This document shows, one piece after another, positions 1-10,054 of a stretch of 64,000 nt of DNA. The translations under genes were made by a program, and so were the position numbers. The notes beneath the pieces are model-generated. The model searched no databases, was not told the DNA's origin, and worked only from the letters and a program-made list of their open reading frames with translations. The stretch's first letter is position 1. The number at the start of each line of letters is the position of its first letter. Origin of the DNA: Candidatus Velthaea sp. (GTDB lineage: Bacteria; Vulcanimicrobiota; Vulcanimicrobiia; Vulcanimicrobiales; Vulcanimicrobiaceae); NCBI GenBank assembly GCA_965214935.1, contig CBDCCS010000014.1, positions 55,231-119,230 on the forward strand, read 5' to 3'.

Positions 1-17
1 CGATCGATCTGCCGGCA

Positions 18-1544
18 TTGCGCGTCGACAGCATCTTGCTCGGTGAGGACGAGCGCGCGTTCGCATGGCGCCGGTTATGCGCAGCTGCCGGCATCAGCAT
101 CGAACCGCTCGTCCTCGGCGTCCCGGATGCACCGCTTATCGACCTATCGATCGTCGCGGGCGTTGCGGCGATCTTGCACTTTGCAGCAACGGAAAGCGAC
201 CGCGCTGCGCGCGCGGCGATCGTCAGCCGGATTGCCGGCGTCGGTATCGATGATGCTCGTGCACTGCTGACGGCAAGCCTCGACCGGCAGCCGCTGCTCG
301 ACATCATCGATGCTGCGAAGATTGCGCTCGGACCGCACGCGCGTCAAGCGACTACGGCATTTGCGCGCGGACTGCGCGCCGTTACGCGCGCGTACTGTGC
401 GCCCGATGCCGGTGCGGCAACCGTACTCGCGGAAATCGGCGCGAACTTCGCACTCGATCACGATCCGACCGTTGCGGCGCTCATCGCTGTCGCGCGCAAT
501 TTCGACCGCGCTCGCACCCTGGGTCCGCATTGGGATGCAGCAGATCTCATCGCGGAGTTCAGCGCCGAGTTTGCCGGCAGCCGGCGACCGCCGGCGCCCG
601 CGTTTACACCGCAGCCGCGGCCGGTGCCGGACGCCGAACAGCCACGGCCGGTGCCGATTCGGCGTCTGCATTTTAGTGCTTCGTCGCTTAATGCATACGC
701 GCAATGTGCCCGCAAATGGTATTTCCGGTATGTCTGCGCGGCGGTCGAAGATCGCGGTTCGTCGGCCTCGTTCTACGGTACGGCTTTTCATGCAGCGCTC
801 GAAGATTTTCACCTGAGGTACACGCGCATTTCCGAGACCGGCAGCGCCGAACTTGCAGCGGCGCTCGACGGCTGCATGGTGGCCGCATTCGACCGGTATC
901 GCGGACGCTTTGATGCGCCGGTGGAGTTCGAGCTCCAGCGCCGGCGCGCGCGTCGCACGGCTAAACGGTATTTGCGCTGGCTCATCGAGCGTGCGAGGAC
1001 CGCACCCTTTACGGTTATCGGCTGTGAGGTCGTCACCGAACTCGAACTCGACGGTTACGAATTCGTCGGCTACATCGATCGGCTCGATCGCGATGACCGG
1101 ACCGGCGCCGTTACCGTCATCGATTACAAAACCGGCAGCATCGCGTTGAGCGCCGCGGAATACCGCGACGAAGTGGCGACGTTCGCTGAGTTTCAACTGC
1201 CGTTTTATTACTGGGCGCGAACCGCTGCGGGCGACCGGGTTACGAAACTGGCGCTCGTCCCGCTTAAAGATGCATTGCTCGACGTTGCCCCGATCGAGCT
1301 TGAGATCGTACCGGGCAACGCCGCAGCGGGCAGCGGCCGCCGCAGCGACAGTCCGCGCGGAACGATATCGGTCGGTGAACTCGAGCGCGCGCGCACGAAG
1401 ATGATCGAACACGCGCAAACGTTGTCGAGCGCGACGCGTGCAGCTTTTCCGGCGACCGACGATCCCGACGCCTGCCGCTACTGTGCCTATCGTGACGGCT
1501 GTCGCGAGCGTCCGTTAGCCTTGCAAGAACGCTTCGGCCGATGA
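18..1544 (+). CDS. AddB/AdnA-like PD-(D/E)XK (RecB-family) nuclease with Fe-S cysteines; frame is open to the window edge, so probably 5'-truncated
   Basis: FSASSLNAYAQC, GTAFH, GYIDRLD, IDYKTG, QL..Y and C-terminal CRYCAYRDGC; its stop overlaps the ATG of the helicase gene (ATGA). Confidence 0.8.
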   Translation: MRVDSILLGEDERAFAWRRLCAAAGISIEPLVLGVPDAPLIDLSIVAGVAAILHFAATESDRAARAAIVSRIAGVGIDDARALLTASLDRQPLLDIIDAAKIALGPHARQATTAFARGLRAVTRAYCAPDAGAATVLAEIGANFALDHDPTVAALIAVARNFDRARTLGPHWDAADLIAEFSAEFAGSRRPPAPAFTPQPRPVPDAEQPRPVPIRRLHFSASSLNAYAQCARKWYFRYVCAAVEDRGSSASFYGTAFHAALEDFHLRYTRISETGSAELAAALDGCMVAAFDRYRGRFDAPVEFELQRRRARRTAKRYLRWLIERARTAPFTVIGCEVVTELELDGYEFVGYIDRLDRDDRTGAVTVIDYKTGSIALSAAEYRDEVATFAEFQLPFYYWARTAAGDRVTKLALVPLKDALLDVAPIELEIVPGNAAAGSGRRSDSPRGTISVGELERARTKMIEHAQTLSSATRAAFPATDDPDACRYCAYRDGCRERPLALQERFGR

Positions 1545-4342
1545 ACACGCAGCCCGATGTCGGCGACGTCGATGCTCGGCGCGCGGTCGACGCTCCGGCC
1601 GATGCGCCGTTATTAGCCGTTACCGGGCGCGCCGCGAGCGGCAAGACCGAAACGCTCGCGCGGCGGTACGTTGCTGTGCTCGGACGCGACCCGACCATTA
1701 CCGCGGGCGCGACCATCGTCAGCGCGGCGCGACCGGATGCAGCCGCGGCGCTCGCTGCGCGCATCGAACGCTTACTACCGGCCGCGCGCGTCGCGGAGTA
1801 TAAGCGAGAGCATCGCTATATCGGCCACGGACTCGAACGGCTGGCATTCGATCTGCTCGCGGAACATGCGACGCTCAGCGGCTTAGCCTACGATCTCGAA
1901 GCAATCGACTTATACGATGCGGAGGAAATTTTCGAGCGGGCGATCGCACCGCTTTTCTCCGCCGACTGGGGCGACTTCGTGGGACCGGATATCGATCCGG
2001 AGATACCGGGCCTGCGCGCGCCCGACCGTTTCGCCGTCGCCGTCTTGCGTTTGATCCGCAAATTGCGCGATGCGCACATCGGACCTGATGCGTTTCTAAA
2101 AGCCGCCTTGCGCGGCGCAACGGATTTTTACGCCAATCCCCCAAACTTGTCGTCGCCCGCGTTACTTCTTGCAACCAAAGACGAGCACCACGCCGCACTT
2201 GCCGTCGACGGAGCGGAGCGCGAACGGCAGCGGCGCCGCGAGATCGATTTAGCAAAAATCATTGCAAAGTTATATACCGCCTATCTCGCTGAACTCGTCG
2301 CACACGGCTGCTTGACGCCGACCGATGCGATCGCGGAAGCGACGCGACTGCTCCAAGAACATCCGGCAATCGCGCGGATGTGCCGGCGCCGCTTTCGTAT
2401 TGCACTCATCGACGATGCGCACGATTTGCACCCCGGCGAGTTCCGGCTGCTCCAGGCAATCTTCGGCTCGACGTTGCCGGGCGTGACGATCGCCGGCGAT
2501 CCCGATGCGGCGACGCAAACGTTTGCCGGTGCGCGCCCCGAGCGCACGTTCGGCGCCGCCGCTACGACGCTGCGTTTGCAGGCTAATTATTGCGTACCGC
2601 CGCTGATCGGCGCCGCCGTGGCAGCATTGCTCGAACCGCAGGCCGGACCGTTGCCCAGCGGCGATGCGTTGCGGCTCTATCGCGCGCAAACGCAGGCCGG
2701 TGAAGCGGAATTCGTCGCGACGAGCATCGCGGCACGGATTGCCGGCGGCTCACCGGCCAGCCGTATCGCGGTGCTGCACCGTTCGCTACGCACGCTCGGC
2801 GCGTACGAAGAAGCACTCGTCGAGCGTAACATTCCGATCGCGCTGCTTGGTGACGCCGGATTGTTTGCGCGGCATGATACGCTCGATGCTTTGGCGCTGC
2901 TGTGGTCGACGGTCGATCCATTCCACCATGCGTGGTTGTTGCGTACGTTGCAGTCCCCGCTGCTCGGCTTTGCCGATGCAAGCATCGCAATCGTTTGCGC
3001 TGAACCGACGAGCGCGCAACCGCTATTATTCGATCTTCCGGCGCAGGCAGAGAGCGAGGGCGGCCGGCGTTGGGACCGGCGCCGCGATTTACGGCTGGGA
3101 ACCAACGTCGTGCGCGGAGATCGCGATATCGACTTGCCGTCCGACACGCGCGAACGTCTGATCGCGTTCCGCGCGCAACGGTTGCGCTGGCAAGAGGTCG
3201 CGCAACGCAGCGGCGCAGCAGATGCCGCCCGTGCAATCTTGCAGGACGCCGGTCTCTTCGCCGTCCGTCCGGCGGAGACGGCGGCGCGCACGCGCCGCCG
3301 CGTTAAGATCGTGAACGGACTGCTCGACGTCATCGGCCGCTACGAGTTCCGGCATCCGGGCGACGGCCTGGCGGGCGCACTGGCATATTGTGAGAGAATT
3401 GCGCGGAGCGATGATGGTCCGCGGCTAACGGCTTCCGCCGATGACGGCGTCGTCGTCGCGGAGATCGATGAAGTCAAAGGCCGGCGCTTCGATCATGTCT
3501 TCATCGTCGACGTGCGGGCCGGATCGTTTCCGCCGTATTACGTGCCTGACGCGTTCTTGTTCAGCGCCGTCTACGGGATGATCCCCAAAGACAGCGTCGG
3601 CGATGCAGTTACATCGCGCACTGCCAAATTTACTTGGTATTTGCACACGGCAAAATTGCGCGAAACGTACGCGCGTGAAGACCGGCGCGCGTTAGCCGTC
3701 GCACTGGCACGCGCCGACCGAAGTGCGACCGTGAGCGCCTCCGGCCGTGCAACACGCGGCGTCGCGGCACCCGAATTACTCGTCGAGCTGGCCGCTCTCG
3801 GACCGGCTCTCGTTGCGGCCGGACCGCTTTGCGCAGAGAGCGACGCACCAACGGCGGCGGCAACGTATACGCCGGAGACACCGGCGCAAACCGCGTCCGG
3901 ACCGGCGCCGGCGGTCGCCGCCGAGCGGCTTGCCGATATGCTGCAATGCGTGCGGTGTGCGCCGCGCGGTATGGTCCGGCGCGCGTTCAACGCGACGTTC
4001 ACGTTACTTTCCGGCCGCCTTAGCGGAACGGATCGGCGGATTGAGGCGCGCGATATTCACTTTGGTTTTTCGCTCGGACAAGCCACGGTGTTTGGTGCCG
4101 TTCCGGCGATCGTCGGCCATGCCGGGCGCTCGTATATCACGGTGGCCGAAGCTGACGATGCACTCGCCGCGCTCGCTATTTACGGCTTACGCGAGCGCGT
4201 TGCAGCCGACGCGTACTTCGTTGAAAGCGCCGACGTCGTTAGCGGTCCTCACCCAGTCGACGTCGAGCCGTTCGTCGCGCAGGCGCGCGCGGTCATCGAC
4301 GGCAGGGCGCAGCCGCTCTGTGCCGAGCACCGCTTGTCGTAA
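1541..4342 (+). CDS. UvrD/PcrA (SF1A) helicase-like protein with degenerate motifs; AddA/AdnB-like partner
   Basis: Walker A GRAASGKT, IDDAHD, GDPD..TFAGA, LQANY, KGRRFDHVF, EDRRALAVALARA. Confidence 0.8.
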   Translation: MNTQPDVGDVDARRAVDAPADAPLLAVTGRAASGKTETLARRYVAVLGRDPTITAGATIVSAARPDAAAALAARIERLLPAARVAEYKREHRYIGHGLERLAFDLLAEHATLSGLAYDLEAIDLYDAEEIFERAIAPLFSADWGDFVGPDIDPEIPGLRAPDRFAVAVLRLIRKLRDAHIGPDAFLKAALRGATDFYANPPNLSSPALLLATKDEHHAALAVDGAERERQRRREIDLAKIIAKLYTAYLAELVAHGCLTPTDAIAEATRLLQEHPAIARMCRRRFRIALIDDAHDLHPGEFRLLQAIFGSTLPGVTIAGDPDAATQTFAGARPERTFGAAATTLRLQANYCVPPLIGAAVAALLEPQAGPLPSGDALRLYRAQTQAGEAEFVATSIAARIAGGSPASRIAVLHRSLRTLGAYEEALVERNIPIALLGDAGLFARHDTLDALALLWSTVDPFHHAWLLRTLQSPLLGFADASIAIVCAEPTSAQPLLFDLPAQAESEGGRRWDRRRDLRLGTNVVRGDRDIDLPSDTRERLIAFRAQRLRWQEVAQRSGAADAARAILQDAGLFAVRPAETAARTRRRVKIVNGLLDVIGRYEFRHPGDGLAGALAYCERIARSDDGPRLTASADDGVVVAEIDEVKGRRFDHVFIVDVRAGSFPPYYVPDAFLFSAVYGMIPKDSVGDAVTSRTAKFTWYLHTAKLRETYAREDRRALAVALARADRSATVSASGRATRGVAAPELLVELAALGPALVAAGPLCAESDAPTAAATYTPETPAQTASGPAPAVAAERLADMLQCVRCAPRGMVRRAFNATFTLLSGRLSGTDRRIEARDIHFGFSLGQATVFGAVPAIVGHAGRSYITVAEADDALAALAIYGLRERVAADAYFVESADVVSGPHPVDVEPFVAQARAVIDGRAQPLCAEHRLS

Positions 4343-4500
4343 TTGTGAAACTCGGCGAATTCCGGCTGCACTGTTGCTATGTTAAGCAAGCTTTGCAATA
4401 CTGCACGGGCCGACACTCTGCACAACGCATATAGTATTTCGTTGTAGCGAGGCGCACCGAATTTACGGCTGCAGGCCGTACGCAGTAAGGAGGTACACCG

Positions 4501-4569
4501 ATGCTCGAATCGATCGTTACGACGATTATTACCATCATTACGAACATTCTGTCCGGCGGCCCGTCTTAA
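4501..4569 (+). CDS. Unannotated 22-aa peptide MLESIVTTIITIITNILSGGPS
   Basis: Perfect TAAGGAGGT Shine-Dalgarno at 4486-4494, 6 nt before ATG; TAA stop; lies in an otherwise empty intergenic region and is below the ORF-track cutoff. Confidence 0.7.
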   Translation: MLESIVTTIITIITNILSGGPS

Positions 4570-4663
4570 ATGCTATCGGCTGGCGGACGGCGTTTCTTGA
4601 GCCGTTCAAATTCTCGGGCGAAAAAGTAAAGGTTTCTCGGCTCGCGTAGAAAGGCAGTTGCCA

Positions 4664-6226
4664 ATGGAGATGGCAGCAAAGCCGGTTCCGTCAACAAAAC
4701 GAGCGACCGTGTCGGCGGCGAAGCTCGCTTACTTCGAAGGCGATTTCGAGCGCTGTCTTCAAATCTGCAGCGAAATCCGCGTTCGCCCGGTCGCGACGGC
4801 CTCCGAAGTTGCGCTGTTGAGTGCGCGCGCGTATTTGCGCACCGGGCGTGCCGCCGAAGCGCAAGCGGCCATCACCGAGACGCTCGCCACGCATGCATCG
4901 CTCGATGCTGCATTGACGGCGCAGATGCTGCTCGGCACGGCACGTATCCGTCAAGGCGATCCCGACGGCGGGATCGCGTTGCTGGAAGCGGCCGCCGCGC
5001 GGGCCGTCGATGCGCACTTTGCCGTCCGGTCCGAAATCGCATTTTCGACCGCGCTCGGATTCTGGGCGAAACGCGACATCGACCGAGCTGAAAGCTTCTT
5101 AACCAGAGTCGACCGGCGCTCGGACATCATTCATGCGCGCGCATTGGAACTAACTGCCTGGTGTCAAATGGCGCGCGGACACTACCGGCGCTGCGCGGAT
5201 TATTTCGTGCTGACCTTGTTACGACTTGATAGCTGTCGCGCTCACGATCGGGCGATCGTTGCAACCGCGATCAGCACGCTCTCGATCTTAGCGGCCGAAT
5301 TGTTCGACCGCGAGATTGCACGCGTCGCCCAGCATCGCGCACGGACGATGGAGTGGACGTCGGGGCTGGGCATGCAACACTACTTGACGCTGTTGCATCA
5401 AGCGCTGTTCTGCGAAATCGACGGTGACACGACACTGGCTTACGAGTATGCGATGCAAGCACGGGCGATTGCACCAACCGTCCCGTTCGAGGCATTCGCT
5501 TGGAGCGTTAGCGCCGGCATTGCGCGCAACTCCGGCGAACGTTATGTTTCGACGGCGTACGCACGGCGAGCAATGCAGATTCTTGCAACCCTCGAGCTGC
5601 GCGAGCTTTCCGGTGAAGAGCGTTTTTCGATCTTGGCCGTGGCGGAAAGCTGCGCGAATTTCGATGACGAACATGCAAACCGGCTACTCGCTGCTTATTG
5701 GGGACTTGCGCCGGCGGATAAAATGGTGGCGCTAATCGGTGATCGGCGGCTTGCGGCTGAGGAATCGCTTGTTGCCGCAACGGTCGCGGAGGCGCATGGT
5801 GATCTCGCCGATGCTCGCTGCTGTTATCGTCGTGCCTTCGAGATTTTCAAGCAAGTCGGCTACGTGCGGCGCGCACTCATGGCAGCCGTAGCGCTCGTGA
5901 AACTCAATGTGCCCGAGAGCGAAGATTTGCGCGCGTATATCCGACTTGAATCAGGCTCGACGGCAAATTTCATCACCCGGTATCTGGCCGTTGCCGCGGT
6001 CGATCAGCCGCTCGGTGCAGCGGAGCACCCGATCGTTGCAACGTTACCGCCCGCCCAACGTGAGGTCGTGCGGCTTATCTGTCAGGGTAAAAGTAATCGT
6101 GAAATTGCGCTACTGCGGCGCGTCGGCGAGCAGACGATCAAAAATATGTTGACCAAACACGTTTTCCGGGCGTTCGGCGTTTCGAGTCGCGCCGCGCTCG
6201 TCAGCACGTGTTTGCGGCGCGCTTAG
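4664..6226 (+). CDS. TPR-like helical-repeat protein with C-terminal LuxR-type HTH (transcriptional regulator)
   Basis: C-terminal LPPAQREVVRLICQGKSNREIA...EQTIKNML...FGVSSRAALV; about 450 aa of Ala-rich helical repeats; no REC or NTPase motif seen. Confidence 0.85.
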   Translation: MEMAAKPVPSTKRATVSAAKLAYFEGDFERCLQICSEIRVRPVATASEVALLSARAYLRTGRAAEAQAAITETLATHASLDAALTAQMLLGTARIRQGDPDGGIALLEAAAARAVDAHFAVRSEIAFSTALGFWAKRDIDRAESFLTRVDRRSDIIHARALELTAWCQMARGHYRRCADYFVLTLLRLDSCRAHDRAIVATAISTLSILAAELFDREIARVAQHRARTMEWTSGLGMQHYLTLLHQALFCEIDGDTTLAYEYAMQARAIAPTVPFEAFAWSVSAGIARNSGERYVSTAYARRAMQILATLELRELSGEERFSILAVAESCANFDDEHANRLLAAYWGLAPADKMVALIGDRRLAAEESLVAATVAEAHGDLADARCCYRRAFEIFKQVGYVRRALMAAVALVKLNVPESEDLRAYIRLESGSTANFITRYLAVAAVDQPLGAAEHPIVATLPPAQREVVRLICQGKSNREIALLRRVGEQTIKNMLTKHVFRAFGVSSRAALVSTCLRRA

Positions 6227-6338
6227 CCCCGGCCGGTACGAACCGCAGCTCCGCTCGGTTAAGTCCGCCCGGCGAAGAATTCACCTAAGCCTCATCTCGC
6301 GCGGCACTCGCCGCCGGCCGATCTACGTTTCCAGCGGT

Positions 6339-7838
6339 ATGGCGCCGATTGTCCTCGACACGTCGACCGATCCGCAAGTGGGTTATCGTCCGTCCGGACC
6401 GCTCGATGTCGCGAGCGCGCTGCTTCCCTACACGGGGCATTTCGGACCGCGTCAAGCGGGGCATCTGCTGCGGCGTGCCGGATTCGGCGGCAGCGCACTC
6501 GACGTCACTGCGTCGATGCAACGCGGCTGTCCCGCAGCCGTGGATACGCTACTGCATCCGGCCGCCGATGAGGCGTTTAGCGACTATCCCGATGTCACGA
6601 TCTTATACGGTGCGCCCGGCAAAGTGCGTATCGGTACGCAGCTGTGGTGGCTCGACCGGATGCTGCGTACGCGTCATCCGCTAGCCGAAAAGATGACCGT
6701 ATTCTGGCACGGCCATTTCGCCACGAGTATCAGCAAAGTGCCGGCACCGCTCATGGCTCGGCAAATCAACTTGTTTCGCGCCCAAGGATTGGGAAATTTT
6801 CGCACGCTGCTGACGTCGATTTCCGTCGATCCGGCAATGTCGGTTTGGCTTGACAACCGGTCGAACTTCAAAGCCCATCCAAATGAGAATTACGCGCGTG
6901 AAGTGATGGAGCTCTTTGCGCTGGGCTTGGGCAATTACACCGAAACGGATGTTAAAGAAGGCGCACGCGCGTTGACCGGCTGGCCGTACAGCGGCAAAAC
7001 GCTGAGCGTGACGTTCAACGCGAAGTTACATGACGACGGCGTAAAAACGTTTCTCGGCCAAAGCGGCAATTTCGGTTTGAACGACGTGGTCGACATCATC
7101 GTCGCCCAACCGGTACACCAGCGTTTTATCGCCCGCAAGCTACTTGAGTTCTTCGTTTATTCCGACCCCGAACCCGAACTGACCGAAGCCCTCGCGCAAA
7201 CGTACGCGCTAGCCGGTTTCGATATCGCCAAAACATTGGGCACCGTGTTGCGCTCGAACGTCTTTTATTCGACCCGCGCCTATCGTGCGATACCGAAAAG
7301 CCCGCTTGAATTCGTAATCGGCTTACTGCGTTACACCGGCGCGCCGGCCGTTCCGGCCAACGTGCCCGATGCATTGCGCCGCATGGGTCAAGAACCGCTC
7401 GCACCGCCGAGCGTCAAAGGCTGGGACGGCGGTCCGGCCTGGATCAACACCACCACGTTGCTGGCGCGCTTCAATTTTGTGAATGCGCTGCTCGCGACGT
7501 CGCGCGCCGCCGTCCCCGCGAGTCCGGCGCCGGCACGTTTCGCCGGCGCAACCTCGCTGAGCGCAAGTGCACCGAACGTACAGCCCGATGCAATCGTGGC
7601 GCGCGCCGGCGGCCTCGATGCCGAGCGCATCGTCGACGCCATCGTTGCCGATGCGCTGCAGGACGACGTCACCGGCGACATTCGAACGACGCTACTTGGC
7701 TTTCTCAATTCCGACGGTGCGGTCGCGGCGGCGGGAAATCAAGCCAACGCCGTGCCGTTCGGCCCTGAAAATTACCAAGAAAAGGTTCGCGGTGCGCTGG
7801 CACTCGCGCTCAATCTACCGGTCAACCAACTCAACTAA
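6339..7838 (+). CDS. DUF1800 family protein
   Basis: HLLRRAGFG, EKMTVFWHGHFATS, PNENYAREVMELFALG, PPSVKGW; adjacent to DUF1501. Confidence 0.85.
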   Translation: MAPIVLDTSTDPQVGYRPSGPLDVASALLPYTGHFGPRQAGHLLRRAGFGGSALDVTASMQRGCPAAVDTLLHPAADEAFSDYPDVTILYGAPGKVRIGTQLWWLDRMLRTRHPLAEKMTVFWHGHFATSISKVPAPLMARQINLFRAQGLGNFRTLLTSISVDPAMSVWLDNRSNFKAHPNENYAREVMELFALGLGNYTETDVKEGARALTGWPYSGKTLSVTFNAKLHDDGVKTFLGQSGNFGLNDVVDIIVAQPVHQRFIARKLLEFFVYSDPEPELTEALAQTYALAGFDIAKTLGTVLRSNVFYSTRAYRAIPKSPLEFVIGLLRYTGAPAVPANVPDALRRMGQEPLAPPSVKGWDGGPAWINTTTLLARFNFVNALLATSRAAVPASPAPARFAGATSLSASAPNVQPDAIVARAGGLDAERIVDAIVADALQDDVTGDIRTTLLGFLNSDGAVAAAGNQANAVPFGPENYQEKVRGALALALNLPVNQLN

Positions 7839-7855
7839 AGCGGTCTGGAGTTCAC

Positions 7856-9082
7856 ATGAGCAGTCGCTCTACGTTTTTGTCTCAATCGCTGAGCGTCGCG
7901 GTGCTCGGAGGAACGCTGCCGGCCGCATTTGCGCGCGCCGCAACGGCTCAGCCGTTGCCGGCTGCGGGAGCGGCGATCGATCCGCGCAACGTGCTCGTCG
8001 TCGTCCAAATGAGCGGCGGAAATGACGGCCTCAACACGATCGTCCCGTGGTCCGACGATGCGTATCATCGCGTGCGACCCGTGATTCGCATACCGGAGAG
8101 CGCGGTGCTCAAACTCGACGATCGGATCGGCCTCAATCCGGCGCTGCTTGCGCTCAAAGAAATGTATGCCGAAGGGCACGTGGCCGTCGTGCAAGGCGTC
8201 GGCTATCCGAGTCCCAATCGCTCGCATTTCGAGGCGACCCAAATTTGGGAAACGGCGTCGCCCGAACGTCCGCTCGCAACCGGCTGGCTGGGACGCACGC
8301 TCGATCGTGAATACCGCGCCGGCAGCAAGCCGCCGTCATTCTTCGAGGCGGTCGCCTTAGGTGACACGCTGCCGACTGCGCTCGTCGCACAACATATCGA
8401 TGTCGCAGCGATCGGCGCGCTCAACAACTATGCATACTCGACGGTTAAAGATGTTAAAGCGAAAGCCGGCGTGCTATACGACGGTGCAAAACCCGGTCAA
8501 TCACCGTATTTAGGGCTCATCGCCGATACGGCGCGCGAAGCATATCACGGCGGCGACTTGCTGCGCGCGAAGATAGCCGGCTATACGCCCGCGGTAACGT
8601 ATCCGGCAGATGCTTTTGCAACGCAGCTCAAACTCGCTGCGCAGCTCATCGGCAGCGACGTCGGCACGCGGATGCTTTTCGTCTCGATCGGTTCGTTCGA
8701 CACGCATGCCAATCAACGTGCACAACAGGACCGGCTGCTCAAATATCTCGCTGACGGTTTAGCCGCGTTCTACCGCGACCTCGCCGCCCATGGGCGCGAC
8801 GAACACGTCCTAACGATGACCTTTTCAGAGTTTGGAAGGCGCGTCACGCAAAACGCAAGCAATGGTACGGATCACGGAACGGCAATGCCGCTTTTCGTCG
8901 TCGGCGGCGGCATTAAAGGCGGCATTTACGGCGACCATCCGTCGCTTACCGACCTCGATAACGGCGACCTCAAATTTCATACGGATTTTCGCTCCGTGTA
9001 TGCAACGGTGCTCGAACGCTGGCTCGGACGCAAATCGGACGACGTCTTAGCCGGTACGTTTGCGCAGCTGCCGATCGTGTAA
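7856..9082 (+). CDS. DUF1501 family protein
   Basis: GGNDGLNTIVP, PNRSHF, FDTHANQ, SEFGRR..N...GTDHG, DFRSVYATVL; GGAG RBS. Confidence 0.85.
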   Translation: MSSRSTFLSQSLSVAVLGGTLPAAFARAATAQPLPAAGAAIDPRNVLVVVQMSGGNDGLNTIVPWSDDAYHRVRPVIRIPESAVLKLDDRIGLNPALLALKEMYAEGHVAVVQGVGYPSPNRSHFEATQIWETASPERPLATGWLGRTLDREYRAGSKPPSFFEAVALGDTLPTALVAQHIDVAAIGALNNYAYSTVKDVKAKAGVLYDGAKPGQSPYLGLIADTAREAYHGGDLLRAKIAGYTPAVTYPADAFATQLKLAAQLIGSDVGTRMLFVSIGSFDTHANQRAQQDRLLKYLADGLAAFYRDLAAHGRDEHVLTMTFSEFGRRVTQNASNGTDHGTAMPLFVVGGGIKGGIYGDHPSLTDLDNGDLKFHTDFRSVYATVLERWLGRKSDDVLAGTFAQLPIV

Positions 9083-9091
9083 TAGAAGCCC

Positions 9092-10054
9092 GTGCAACTG
9101 ATGACGATTGCGCCCGCCGATTATGCGCGCGACGTGTTACCCGAGTCGCGAATCATCTGGGCCAACGGCCGTTCCTTCGATGAATACGTCGCGGACTTTC
9201 ACGCCGTCGCGCAATCGGCTTACGGCCGCCGGCGCTTCCGAACCCTGGGCCTACGCGTCGACGAACGAATCGTGGTGTCGTGCAAGCGCTACGAGCGCGA
9301 ACTGCGTTGCGCGAACCGCACGTTGCAAGCCGTCGGCATCGGCGCCGTTTTCACGCCGCGAGCACTGCGCGGGCGCGGCTATGCCTCGGCGCTCATCGGT
9401 ACGCTGCTCGACGCCGAACGCGCCGGCGGAAGCGACGTTGCATTTCTCTTTAGTGACATTCATCCGTCGTTTTACGAGCGGCTGGGATTCATCGCACTGC
9501 CGTCGCGGACGCTAAGCTTGCGCGCCGACACGTTGCCGGCAACGCGCTTGAACTTTGCTACGGTCGCAGACGGCGATTGGCCGGCGATCGCGCGGTGTTT
9601 CGAGCAGCTCGATCGTCGCCGGCCGCTGGCATTCAAACGGACGCCGCAAGTGTGGGATTGGCTGCGCACGTCGGCTCGCGCGGAAATAGGTGACGGCCAG
9701 CCGATCGCACTTGTCGTACGGTCGACCCGCACCGTCGAGGCGTATGTCCTTGGCCGGCGGGTGCCCAAAGCGGACGCATTCATGCTCGATGAATTCGGCT
9801 ACACGGGCGATGACGGATTCGACGCCGTGGCACCGCTCATCCGCAGCGCTGCCGGCGACCTCGGCCGGGTGACCGGCTGGCTACCGCCTGACGTTGCGCG
9901 CCGAGCGCTACCGCGCGGCAGCGTCAAGAAACGCAAGACGGCGATTGCGATGATCGCGCCGTTGTCGAATGCGGCGCGCAGCGCCTGGCGTCAAGCCGCA
10001 ACGACGATCTTGGCCGATGACGCGGACCGGTGCTGGAGTACCGATCGGATTTAA
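9092..10054 (+). CDS. GNAT family N-acetyltransferase
   Basis: IGAVFTPRALRGRGYAS acetyl-CoA motif; LFSDI...FYERLGF. Confidence 0.8.
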   Translation: MQLMTIAPADYARDVLPESRIIWANGRSFDEYVADFHAVAQSAYGRRRFRTLGLRVDERIVVSCKRYERELRCANRTLQAVGIGAVFTPRALRGRGYASALIGTLLDAERAGGSDVAFLFSDIHPSFYERLGFIALPSRTLSLRADTLPATRLNFATVADGDWPAIARCFEQLDRRRPLAFKRTPQVWDWLRTSARAEIGDGQPIALVVRSTRTVEAYVLGRRVPKADAFMLDEFGYTGDDGFDAVAPLIRSAAGDLGRVTGWLPPDVARRALPRGSVKKRKTAIAMIAPLSNAARSAWRQAATTILADDADRCWSTDRI

